A DNA stretch of 64,000 nt, taken from the NCBI RefSeq assembly GCF_004010195.1, contig NC_057750.1, forward strand, positions 17,792,092 through 17,856,091, written 5' to 3'. The notes beneath the pieces were generated by a model. It made no database searches, had not been told where the DNA came from, and saw only the letters and a program-made list of their open reading frames with translations. Position 1 is the stretch's first letter. Every line of letters begins with the position of its first letter. The DNA is from Chiloscyllium plagiosum (taxonomy: Eukaryota). Position numbers and translations under genes: made by a program. Shown here piece after piece: positions 1 to 12,700 of the stretch.

Positions 1-250
1 CACCCCACTCCGGCCTATCACCCTCACCTTGACCTCTTTCCACCTATCGCATTTCCAACGCCCCTCCCCCAAGTCCCTCCTCCCTACCTTTTATCTTAGC
101 CTGCTGGACACATTTTCAGCAATCCTGAAGAAGGACTTATGCCCGAAATGTCGATTCTCCTGCTCCTTGGATGCTGCCTGACCTGCTGCGCTTTTCCAGC
201 AACACACTTTCAGCTCTGATCTCCAGCATCTGCAGCCCTCACTTTCTCCT
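1..250 (+). mobile_element. Penelope-like element terminal fragment with a degenerate hammerhead core
   Basis: aatc-CTGAAGA...GAAATGTC-gatt at 121-156; same family as 10296-10425. Confidence 0.6.
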
Positions 251-289
251 AGGAGATCCTGCCGGATAGCTAAATCAGTATTGACTTTG

Positions 290-410
290 TGACTTGGAGG
301 TGCTAGTGTTGGACTGGGGTGGACAAAGTTAAAAATCACAAAACACCAGGTTGTAGTCCAACAGGATTATTTGGAAACACTAGCTTTGGGAGTGCCACCC
401 CTTCACAACC
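290..410 (-). mobile_element. Short Penelope-like repeat (family of 14898-15024 and 27151-27287)
   Basis: Reverse-complement similarity to those copies; boundaries approximate. Confidence 0.6.
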
Positions 411-693
411 ACCTTTTGCTTTACATCATCATGATGCACTATTGAAGAGCCTGGTAATGGGGTTGGGGTGATACCTGTCTCCTGTTTTTGCTGTGGTGGC
501 CATGTTAATGAATAATTTGAAGGATCAGAATTCAATCTCATAGTAACAGTTTATGAATTGTACCACAGTACCTTTAAAACCTAAAATGAAAACCAACTTT
601 TTCCAGTAAAAATGGCCATGAAGCTAATGTGATAAGCCAAATGGCTTTCTCCTTTATATTGCTTGATGACTCAATTGTTTTGTCTCTTTCCAG

Positions 694-760
694 AATCAAA
701 CTAAGACTCATTATCTACTGAGGAAGACATTGTTTAACAGCTCTTCCATTACCCTGAAAT
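694..760 (+). CDS. TMEM87A: TMEM87-family coding exon ([22 protein letters not shown])
   Basis: tctttccAG acceptor, GTGAGT donor; resembles the TMEM87 'RKT(M/L)FNST.I.L' segment; phase 1 matches the next exon. Confidence 0.88.
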
Positions 761-3700
761 GTGAGTAGCTGTATTTCTAGCCTGATCAGTGGTGAATGGG
801 CTTGCTTTTGGGAATAGAATTATGTTGGGTTTGATTTGGATGTCCCTGGTACTGCAATTTGCCGAGCTGTAAAGAGTGATGTCGAATCTTACTCCTGTAC
901 CTTTAGGTTCCACTTTTCTATTGAGGGTGTTGTGAGGAGAAGGAAATGCAATTGGCTGCTTCCCACAGTACAGAGGGAATGGTGACTTATGTTGACCTCT
1001 ATTGTACCTCCAATCATGCATTTGCAAAGGGAAAACTGCCGTCTGACCAGAAAATGATGCAAGCCCATCTGTAGCGTAAGGGGTGAATTACTTTCTTTCA
1101 GGAGTTGGGTGCGGTTAATTAATCACATTCTGGAAACATTTTTGAAAACAATTCCACAAATAATCTTAAGAGCTCACTTCCATGTCTTGACATTGAACAT
1201 GAATCCGAAGCACCTTCTCCCTGTGGATTTATTGTGACTGCTTGATGTCCTGAAACAATGTTAAGCCAATCCTCAAGATGCAAGAGTGTTTTGCCATCTG
1301 GGAAGATGGGTTGGGAGAGTCAGGGAAGGGGTGGATGTGTTAAGTTCAGACCCATGATTTTTTCCTGGGGGCACATGACGATTAACGTTCTCTTATCTTT
1401 CAGGGACTCAAGAGAATTGTGTGTCTGAAGTAACCCTGGACGTCACATGGTATTTGAGAAGTTTTCATTGTTTTGATGAATATTCTACAGTGAAAGTAAG
1501 TGATGTTTGCTCCGGATATCACTGATTTCTAAAAAGTAGTGATTAAAACTGTGGATTGAATAGTGAATTTAAACTGGAAAATGCTGGAAAGGATGCATTT
1601 ACATCTTGAACTACCACATTGTAGGGACCCAGGTCTACCTTAGGAATCTATTCTCTTCCATACATCACTTAATCTGTTCCTCTTCAGCAGTTGTGGATTA
1701 AGACCAAATGTGATTTACAATATTGCAAAATTTGTGGAAGATGATTACTTCTGGAAGTGGATTCTTAAATGTAGTGTTTTATTTGTTGATCGGATGTGGG
1801 TGCCACTGGCTGGAGCAGCATTTATTGCCCATCCCTAATTTCCCTTGAAGTGGTGGTGTGCTGCCGCCTTGAAGCACTCTGGACCTTGCGGTGCAGATAG
1901 ACCCACGATACTATTAGGGAGTTGATTCTAGTATTTTTGACCCAGTAACACTGAAGAAATGGCAAAGTAAATCTCAGTCAGGATGGTAACTGGCTCGGAG
2001 GGGAACTTCAGGTGCTGGTTGTTCTATAGTATCTGTCCTTGTTTGTCAGGGGTAGAGGTTGCAAATTTGGAAGGTGTTATTGAAGGAGCTAGGGTAAGTT
2101 GCTGCTGTGTGTTTTGTAGATGTTGTCCATTGCTACTGTGTGTCAGTGGAAACAGGCATGAATTTTGATGTTTATAGATATGGTGCTAATCAAGTTCACT
2201 GCTTTGTCCTGGATGGTGTTGAACGTTTGAGTGTTGTTGCAGTTGCACTCATCAGGGCAAGCAGAGAGTATGCCATTACACTCTTGACTTGTGTTGTGGT
2301 TGGGTGGACATGCTTTGGGGTGTCAGATAATTTCTAATCACCATTTACATTGCTGGTCTATTTTCATTTTGGTGGTAATATGATTAAACATCTGGGAATA
2401 ATAATTGGATTTTCTTGTTTGAGAGAGTCATTGCCTGGTACTTACTTGTGTGGCCTGAATGTTTCTTGCTACTGATCAGGTCAGATGTGTAAGTTGCTTG
2501 ACTGTTTCAACAGCTAAGGAGCTGTAAATGGTCTTAAACATTATATGATTCATCGGTGACCATTCCACTTCTGCTCTTATGCTGGAAGGATAATGAACAA
2601 GCTGAAGGTAGGGACAAATTACTGCAGATGCTGGAATTGTTACTGAAAACAACAAATGCTGGAGATCATGGTAGTCAAGACAGCATCCATGGAGAGAGGG
2701 CAAGCTAACATCTTGATGACTCTTCAGAGCTGAAGTGAAGTTTGGAGGGGACAGCATTTATTATCTGGAGCAGTTTGGCCAAGGACACTAAGGCAGTTTT
2801 CTATAGAGCAGAGAAAGTTGAGAGGGCACCTGATTAAAGCCCATAGGATTATGAAGGGCATGGACAGGATGGATAGAAAGCAACTGTTCACCTTTATTTT
2901 AAGGGTCAATCACAAGGGGCACACTTTTAAAATGAAAGTCAGGATGTTATGAGGTCATATAAAGAAAACATTTTTCACCCAGGGTGATGGGATCCGGAAT
3001 GAACCGCCTGGGAGGGTATTTGCGAGAGGTAACCTCTCAATCCTTGAGAGGTACTTGGATGAGCACTTGAAGTGCCATAACATTCAAGACTTTGAGCCTA
3101 GTATGGCAAGTGGGACTATTGTGGCGAGTGTATTTTTGGCGAACAGACTCAATGGGCTAAAGGCCGTCTTCTGTACTATCTGATTCTATAATTCTACTGC
3201 CTGAGGAGTTCCTACAAAGATGTTCTGGGATTGAGATGATTGACCTTCAATAACCACAACCATCTTTTTGTCCAAGATATGATTCCAACGAGCAGAGAAC
3301 TTTCCTCATAGTACCAGTTAACCAGTTTTGCTGGAGCTGTTGATGCCACATTCAGTCAGTTGCTGCCTTGATGTCAGGGACAGTCACTGTCTCAGCTTTG
3401 GAGTTTTTTATCCATGTTTGAACCAATTGTAATTAGGTTCAGGAGTGAACAGGTTATTGCCAAACGAATGTTGCTTGCCCTCTATTACTCTTTAGTGCTT
3501 AATTATTTTGGACTTGTGCTCCTGTACAACACTGTGTTATTTTAGTCTGATGTACTGTACTATTTGAGGTATTACCTTTTAGATGTGACATCACAGTTTT
3601 ATGTTTGAGATCCAGTTTGCAGTGTTTCTGAGAAGAGCAAGGGAGCCATAGCCAACGTGTATCTCTTGAACAACCTGTTTCAGAAGAAAGTCTGGTCATT

Positions 3701-6700
3701 CTGCTATTTGTTGGAACCTGTTTTGCACAAAATGGCTTCCGCAACTCCTCCACATAGAGCAGTGATTACAGTGAAGGCTTTCATTGACTATAGCATTCCT
3801 AATGTTGGGGAAGATGCTGCGAGTTACTGTCCACTCCCTGCCTGAATTGAATAACCTGCATTATTTTCTCAATGTATATTTATTTATTCTAATGAAATAA
3901 TAGCCAATATAATTTTAAACTAATCATGGGCTAAGCTACTAAGCAAGATTTTTGAGGGAAGATAGTGGGTTTAATTACAGCAAAAAAGATACGAATACTG
4001 CTCTCGAGAACTAGTGATTTAAAATAACTGCAACATTTTAGTAGTCTTGACTGATGCTAACCATTACCTATTTGGCAGATAAATCATATTTATCTGGAAG
4101 CAGCTACAAGTGGTATTATATGGGTAGTAGCTGTGACTTTATTCAAATTAAATTTTTCAGCATCATTTTTTTGTGTTAAATAGATGCATTTTGTCATGAG
4201 TGGCCAATACTTTGGTGTTCCTTTCGTACAGAGTAACACTTCTTTGTGGTAGAAAGGCTACATTGCTGAATTCATAGCTTAGATGTTTTTATCCAACCTG
4301 TCCAGATGTGGCCCTTGGAGCAGGTGGGACTTGAATCCCCAGGACATCTGACTCAGAGGTAGGACCACTACCATCACAAGTGTGCCAATTCGTGGTTGAG
4401 GGAATAGAAGGATAATACTTTTCAGCTGTTATTCTTTATAAGCAAAGAATTAGGCAGAGATGCACAGAAATGACTGATCTGCCAAAGTTCTGCAGTAAAG
4501 CACTCTCCTTCTGCAACAACAGAAGAGCTGAAAAGTGGAGGAAGTGGTTAGATCATTCTCCCCATCTTTTTGCACCCTTCCATGCTCACCCTTTGAGAAG
4601 ATCATCTACCTGGGATCATAGCTTGTGGAATGGCTGGGACGAATATTATGGAGGGTAGACCATGTAACATGAAATTGCCAAGGACTTTTGTATGGAGCTG
4701 AGCTGTGAACTGCTAAAGCACTCGGGTATAATTACATATTGCACTGAGTTACAGGTGGTTGTAATTTGTTGTAAGTGGTAGCTTTACTATAAACAGCTAT
4801 GTACATCCTTTACCCCAAAGTGCCTTTTTGTATAACATTCTCGATGTGCATCATTTCCTGTAATAATTTATGTTTCACCTATAGGATGATACCACAGCGA
4901 ATTATTTCGGTTCTACCACAGAACAGCACAAAGATGGAAGTGGTTATTACATACAACATCGGTACAAACCGTTCAAATGTGAAAAAAACACCATTAGTAG
5001 AGAGGTAGGTAGCTTTTCATTCAAAATGTGGACGAGGTGCTAAAATATGAGCCTTGGATTATTGTCAAATGCTGAATAAGTATAGTCCCATAATGCTTAC
5101 CCTTCTGATTAACCATTTATGACTTTAACTTGGTCAGTAATCTTGTTAAGACAAATGTGATTCTGTGATCAAGTAATGAACTGAGTGAGGATTGTCACGT
5201 GAATGTGCAAAGTATTTTTCTGGTGCGCTTTGGCTCAATTTATATCAAAGGATGATTACAGAACAGCTTGAATACAGAAAAAGTTGATTCTGCCTGTCTG
5301 CAGGAGCAACATGGCTAGTCCCACTGCCCCATGCCCTTGACCTCAAATCTTTTCTCCTCAGGTGCTTATCCAATTCCCTTTTGTAAACCACAACTGAGTA
5401 AATTACCTTCAGGTAACTGTCCGGCCTACTTTTAGCAAATAGAGCTTTCAGACATGGGAGCAGAAGTGTCCATTCAGCTCATAGAGTCTGCTGTGCATTG
5501 AGATCATGGTTAATCTGGTAATCCATAACTGTTTTTCTGTCTATACATCTAAATCATAATTCACTCACTGATCAGCCTGATCATCTCAGTCCTAAATATT
5601 CTTAACAGAAGCTCAACAGCCCTCTGTGGTAAGGAATTCCAGATTCACTATTTGAGATATGAAATTTCTCCTTGTGTAATGTCAATCCAATGCTCCCAGA
5701 TTGTGCCCGGTGGTCTGAGACACACACACACACCCACACCCACCACACCCACCAATCCGATCAAGATCCGTAAGACTCGTTTTTGTTTCAATAAGGTCTC
5801 CTCTCATTCATCTAAATCCAAAGAGTCCAGACTCACCCCCTCCTAATAAAATTTCCTCGTACCTGTTATCAACCTCGTGAACATTCTCTGGACTGCTTCC
5901 AGTGCCAGTATATCTTTTAAACCTTGATGAGCCTAGTGAATCCAATGCTGGTATATTCTCCATTACATAAAAGGACCAAACCTTCACAGAATTCCAGATG
6001 TGGTCTGACTAGGGCCTTGCACAGTTGTAACAAAATTTCCCCATTTTTATGCTCCATGCCCTTGGAAATTGAAGCCACCAGTCTATTTGCCTCTCCTGTT
6101 TTCCGCTAAACTTCAATGCTAGATTTTTGATTCATGCTTAAGGAGTCCCAAATCCCTCTCTGCTACAGCTTTCTGTGGTCTTTCTCTGTTTTAGTTGTAT
6201 TCCACTTCTCTGTTCCTCCTGCCAAAATACATGATAAATTCTGTTAAATTTATTAGATAAGATTGCTCCTTCATGCAACTTTGACTCTCCTAAATTACAG
6301 CATTTAGGAATTCATAATATGCCACTAAGTTCTTTAACATAAACTCTAACATTTTACCAATCTTTTTCTTTAAGAAGCTCTTACTGTTTACTCACTAGTT
6401 TCCCCTCATAGCTTATGTTTTTCATCTTCTTTTTGAATATCTTCTGTTTGTTTAGAAAATGTTCCCAATCCTCTGGTTTACCAGTGATCTTTGCCATATT
6501 TTTTCCTTTCATTTTAACACTATCCCTAACTTCCTCAGTTAACCATAATTGCTTTTCCCTTTCCAGAAATCTCCCTTCCTCACTGGGATATATCTGTGAG
6601 CCATGAACCATTTTCTTCAATGTTGTCCATTGTTCTTAAAACGTCTTTTCTGCTAAAAATATTTCCCAGTCTACTTCAATCAAACCTGCCCTCATCCCTG

Positions 6701-9700
6701 TATAATTACCTTCGTTTAAGTTTAGCACCATTGTTTCTGACTCCAATTTGTCACTCTCAGACTGAATGTTACATTCTACCAAGTTGTGCTTCCTGTTTCC
6801 TGCGGGATCTTTTACTTCGACGTCACTTCTTAAATCTGCCTCATTACACATCACCAGATCCAAAACAACCTGACCCCAGTTAGATCTACAGCATTTTTTT
6901 TCCCAGGAAGCAGTTCTGAATACACTGAATTTTTATTTCATGGCTATCTCTGCCAATTTGATTTTCACATTCTCCGTGTAGATGAAAGTGACTCATGATT
7001 AATCTACTGCCATTTTTACATGTCCTCATTAAAGAATCACAGAATCCCTACATTACGGAGGCTCATCGAGTCCACACGGACCCTCTGAAGAGCAGCCCAC
7101 CCAGGACAACTCCATCCCTGTAACCCTGCATTCACCTAGAATGCACATCCCTGGACACCAGTGGCAATTTGCCATGGCCAATCCACCTAATCACACCTTT
7201 TGACTGTGGGAGGATACCACAACATCCAGCGGAATCCTAGGCAGACATGGGGATAAAGTGCAAATTCCATATAGATAGTTACCCAAGGCTGGAATCAAAC
7301 CCAGGTGCCTTGTGCTGTGAGGCAGCAGTGCTAATTACTGAGCCACCATGCCATGCCAAAGATGCAGGGTAAGTGGGTTGGTCATGGTAAAGGAATAGGG
7401 TGGGAGTCTGGTTGGATTCAGAGATACAGGGTGGAGGGTTGGTGCAGGCCTAATGGGCCGACGGTGTCTTTCCGCACTGTCGGGATGCTATGATTCTAAT
7501 AAAGCTATTTCCCTACTGTCCCACTTTGAGTGTCAATTACCAAAATTGCTGCCTTGCACTGGTGCCCTATTATTCCTTTGCTTTGAAAGCTTACATTACT
7601 CTCACCAAACCACCACCCGTGCCTGCCCCTGCCACACAGCACCTTAGTGCAATTGACCTTACCCTATTTTCCTTTTGTTCTTGGATTACTTTTGTCCTTT
7701 ATGTAAATGCACTGATGACCAAATTCCACCCCAATTTCATTTACAAATTTGCTGATGATACCACCGTTATAGGTCAGATATAAAACAACAACAAAACAAT
7801 ACAGGAAAGCGATTGAGTTCTTCAGAGGCATGGCGTTAAGACAACAATCTCTCCATCAATGGCAGCAAAACAAAGGGGCTGGTCATTGCCTTAAGAAGTG
7901 GCGTAGAGGGCACTCCCCCCAACGCCCTTCTGTATCAATAATGCTGAGGTGGCGATGGTCAAGAGCATCAACTTCCTGGGAGTGCTGATCACCAACCGTC
8001 TATCCTGGTCCACCCACATCGACGCAACGATCAAGAAACACAACTGCATCTCTACTTCCTCAGGAAGCTAAGGAAATTTGGCATGACCACAAAGGCACAA
8101 CACTTTTTATAGATGCATCGTAGAAAGCATCTTACCTGGATACATCACAGCATGGTATGGCAACTGCTCTTCCCAAGACCACATGAAGCTACAGAGAGTG
8201 GTGAACACAGCCCATTCAATCAAGTAAACCAACCTTCCATCCATACTTCCTGCAAACTCAGGAAAGCAGCCAACATTATCAAAGACCCCTGCCACCCTGA
8301 TTCTCTTCCAACCTCTTCCATTGGCAGAACATAAAGAAGTTTGAATATATAAAAGTACGAACAGATTCAAAAACAATCTTCCCTGCTGTTATCAAACCTT
8401 TGAATGGACCTCTCAAATATTAATTCTGATCTCTCTCTCTCTGCACCTTCGCTATGGCTGTAACACTTCATTCTGCACTGTTTTGCTATCCTGAAACACT
8501 TTGTATGTTATGAACTACCTGTCAAGCGCACACAACAACACTTTTCACTGTGCCTAGATACATGTGACAACAATCAAACAATCAATAATTCAATTTGATA
8601 CAATCGCTAACATCAAACATTCTCTCTGTGATTCCACCAGGCCAGTTTTCTCTGAAATTAAAGACCTGCAGTGGTGGAATCTGCCTGACTTGTGTCGAAA
8701 ACCTCTTCCCATCCCGTGTCCCCGTTCCTATCCTCACCCAAGTGTCAGACTAAATCTTTGATCCGCAGTTCAGTCAGTATGGCCTTTATGCTGGCAGTGA
8801 TCAACACAGTCGATTCTCACTATATCGAGTGGAAACCCTGTCACAGGAAATATTGTGCTGTCATTCTTGCTCTCCTTTCAGAAATGTTTCAGTAATAACT
8901 GAGAATGCTTGGGGGTGCGGTATCAATCTGTAACCTCAACTCAGCCAGTTTATTCATCAGGCTGCTTTTAGAGTCTTAAAGCATGGAACCAGAGCCTGCA
9001 GTCCAACCAGAACCTGCAGTCCAACCAGAACCTGCAGTCCAACCAGTCCGTGGCGACCATAATCCCAAATTAAACTAATGCTACCTGCTTGTTCCCTGTG
9101 CCATGTCCCTTCAAAAATATCTTATTCATGTACTTACCTAAATGTTTTTTAAACTTTGTAACTGTACCCACCCACTTTCTCTGGAAGTTCATTCAACATA
9201 TGAGCCACTTACTGTGGGGAAAAGAAATTGCCCCTCATGTCTTTTTTTAAATCTTCCTCCTTTCGCCTTCAAGATATGCTCCCTTGTCTTGAAATCCCCA
9301 GCCCTAGGGAATTGGCACCTGCAATTCACCTTATCCATGCCCCTCGTGATTTTATAAACCCCTATAAGGTCACCTCTCAACCTCCTACGCTCCAGTAAAA
9401 GAAGTCCCAGCCTATCCAGCCTCCCCTTCTAACTCAAATCCTCCATTCCTGGCAACATCCTGGTAAGTCTCCTCTGAACCCTCTCCAGCTTGATAATATC
9501 ATTCCTATGTAAAGGGAGACCAGAACTGGATGCAGTACTGTAGAAAATGGTTCACTGATGCCCTGTACAATCTCAATATAATGTCCCAAATCCTGTACTC
9601 AAAAGGTCTGAGCAACGAAAGCAAGCATGCTAAATGCCTTCTTAACCACCCTACCTATATATGATGCAAACTTCAAAGAATTATGTACCTCAACTCCTAG

Positions 9701-12700
9701 ATCTCTGTTCCACAGCACTACCCAAGGCCCTACTTTGAATTGTCCAAGTCCTGCTCGTTTGTTTTACCGAAATGCAATACCTCACATTTATCCAAATTAA
9801 ACTCCATCTTCAGCCAATTGACCCAATTGATCAAGATCTCTTTGTAATCTTATATAATGTTCTTCACTGTCTACTATCCCACCAATCTTGGTGTCATTTG
9901 CAAATTTACTAACCATGCTTTTTATATTCTCCTCCAAATTCTCTAAATATTGACAAACAAAAGTGGACCCAGCACCAATCGCTGAGGAACATTGCTAGTT
10001 ACAGGCTTCCAGTCTGAAAAACAACCCTCTATCGTCACTCTGTCACTTGCCATTTTGTATCCAGTTGGCAAGCTCCCTGTGAATCTCATGTAATCTAACT
10101 TCACTAATTACTCTACTTTGTGGGGCCTTGCCAAAGGCTTCATTAAACTCCAAATAAACATTGTTTACTGCTCAACCCTTATCAATCATCTTGGTTACTT
10201 CCTCAAAAATAACTAAAAATATACTGTTCAGAAATAACCGTACATGGGTCCCAAGATAGAAGAGAAACAAATCAGAAGGTTATGATTAAGTAATGAGGAG
10301 AAAGTAAGGACTGCAGATGCTGGAGATCAGAGCTGGAAATGTGTTGCTGGAAAAGCGCAGCAGGTCAGGCAGCATCCAGGGAACAGGAGAATCGACGTTT
10401 CGGGCATAAGCCCTTCTTCAGGAAGTGATTAAGTAATGTCAAGCTTGGTTCTAAAAGACCACAAGAGAATGGACAACAGAGAGAGATAATCTCCCTGGTG
10501 AATGATGAATTATGATAGTTCTGTTGCATTTGATTTCAATAAAGAAAAAGTACAATGTCAACAAGTTTGGATGTATCATCACGGATAGTTTCCTCTGGGT
10601 GTTCCGGTTTCCCCCCTCAGTCCAAAGATATGCAGGTTAGGTGAATTGACCAAGCTACGTTGCTCGTAGTGTTCAGGGGTTTGTAGGTTAGGTGCATTAG
10701 TCAGGGTAAATGTAGAGTAATAGGGTAGGGGGATAGGTCTGGGTGGGATACTCTTCGGAGGATCAGTGTGGACCTGTTTCCACACTGCAGGGATTCTATA
10801 AATTCTATCACATGATATCCCGCCTTCAAATACGAAGTGTGTCAGATAAACTTTCTTCCTGTTTCATGAAATACATAAGTTTGTTTTAATTCACTAATAA
10901 TTTTTTTTCTTGGGTTCCTTGAAACAAAACCTAGGATATAAATTGTCAATTCCTGAAGATTGAGATACCTGGAAGGATTGGCAACCCATGGTTTGCGTGA
11001 AATGGTCTGTTTTCCTTGGTGTCTAACTCCTTTGGGTTTGTCATCCAAACCTGATTTCCATCCATTTAAGTCCGTGCCATTCCAGTGTGATATCACTGCA
11101 TGTTGATTCTGTGTTCCATGTGCACATTGTGAACATGCCAGCTTGTACCCTTATTAGGAAATGATTTTTGAAGGAATTATTTCTATCTGCTATCCCTGCA
11201 GGAAAATATGAAGAGAGTTCTCTTAAAAAGGCTATGTTTCATTTTTAGCAATTTAATACTTGAAGTTTCTAAAATTAGCACTGACGCTTAGAAAAGATCA
11301 CAGGTCAGCAATGATCATCCCAGCATTTGTTAGTAATCGGATGGCGTGCTGGGTCAGACAGATGGATTCTTTAAAACACAGTTAATGAAAATCTGTTGAG
11401 TAGAACCTGAAGGCTGATTTTTCCTTCCTTGCGGTGGTGGGCGTGCAGGACAGGAAACTAGTGTCAACTTGTTGACACCAGTGAGGTTTCCTTTATATTT
11501 CCTAAGCAACCTGTTCAGAGATGTTATTATAGCCCTCTGTAGAAGGTAGAACTTGAACCTGTGTCTCCTGGCTCAATACCTCTGCACCAAAAGAGCCCTC
11601 AGTGAAGTTTCCTTTGATTTTTATCCTCCAAAGTGCTATCACACAAATGACAAATCTACTTTGAAGCACCTTGGGATATTTATTATTTTAAAGGAGCTCT
11701 ACAAATGCAAATTGTCTTCTGCATCTGAGTACCTAATATCTGAATTCTTTTTCAGCTGCAAGTAAAAGTTTTTGACCAACCAAAGCCATTGCTGAACAGA
11801 ACTTTGGTAAGCAGCAGTTTATGTAAAGGTTAAAAGTTCGCCATTTCTCAATCCCATGATTGGTAGGGTCATATGTTTAATCTCTCATAACTTTTATTGT
11901 ATCAGTTCTTTTGTGAAGCTGTAGGGCAATATTAATCCATCAGTGGCAGTCTGTCTCGTTTAACAGAATGGTATTGCCTGGATGGTTCAGTGAGCTGAAT
12001 CCAGTGAGTTACTGGATCTGTACTGAGTTACTTAGAGACAGCAGATATACCAGTGTTAAGCCTACATCATTGGCCTGGCCACCCGAATGTCGATGCATTG
12101 ATGCGAATTATCAAATTCCTATTGTTCAACTGGCGATGTCAGAACAGTCCAGGGATCAAATCGAGAGACTTCCTAGTTTACGCAATTCAGCTTCTTGCTG
12201 CCTGAATCAACTGTGAAATTTGTATTGTACAACGTGGCTTGTATCTTGAAACTCTTCTAAACTTTGATTTAACTGAAACTTCACAGAGCATTGTGCCTGA
12301 ACGCATTCCCAAACCAGTCGCCAAAAGAAGTACAGAGGGCAAGAAGGTAAGACTTGGGCATAATATATATGATGGAGGGGGGGGAAGGAGATTATCCAGA
12401 GGTATTTTTATAATGAGTTTTGAAACATGTGTAGAGTAGCAATTTAGAGAAGGGTGATCAGATGGAAGTGACGGTCATTCAGTAAAATCTTTAGAAAATT
12501 GGATAGCACATCTGGAACTTTACAGTCTGTAATATTTATTGGTCAGGCCCTACATTAGTATTAGAAAAGATACTCCTGAAGTTATTTCTTTGCACTCTTT
12601 ACTGTTAACCCTCCTCTCCTGAAAGTGCTGATTCATATAGGGTATAGTTGCACTGGGCATGATACAGTACCTTAACTAAATACCTGTGTTCATTTGTGAG

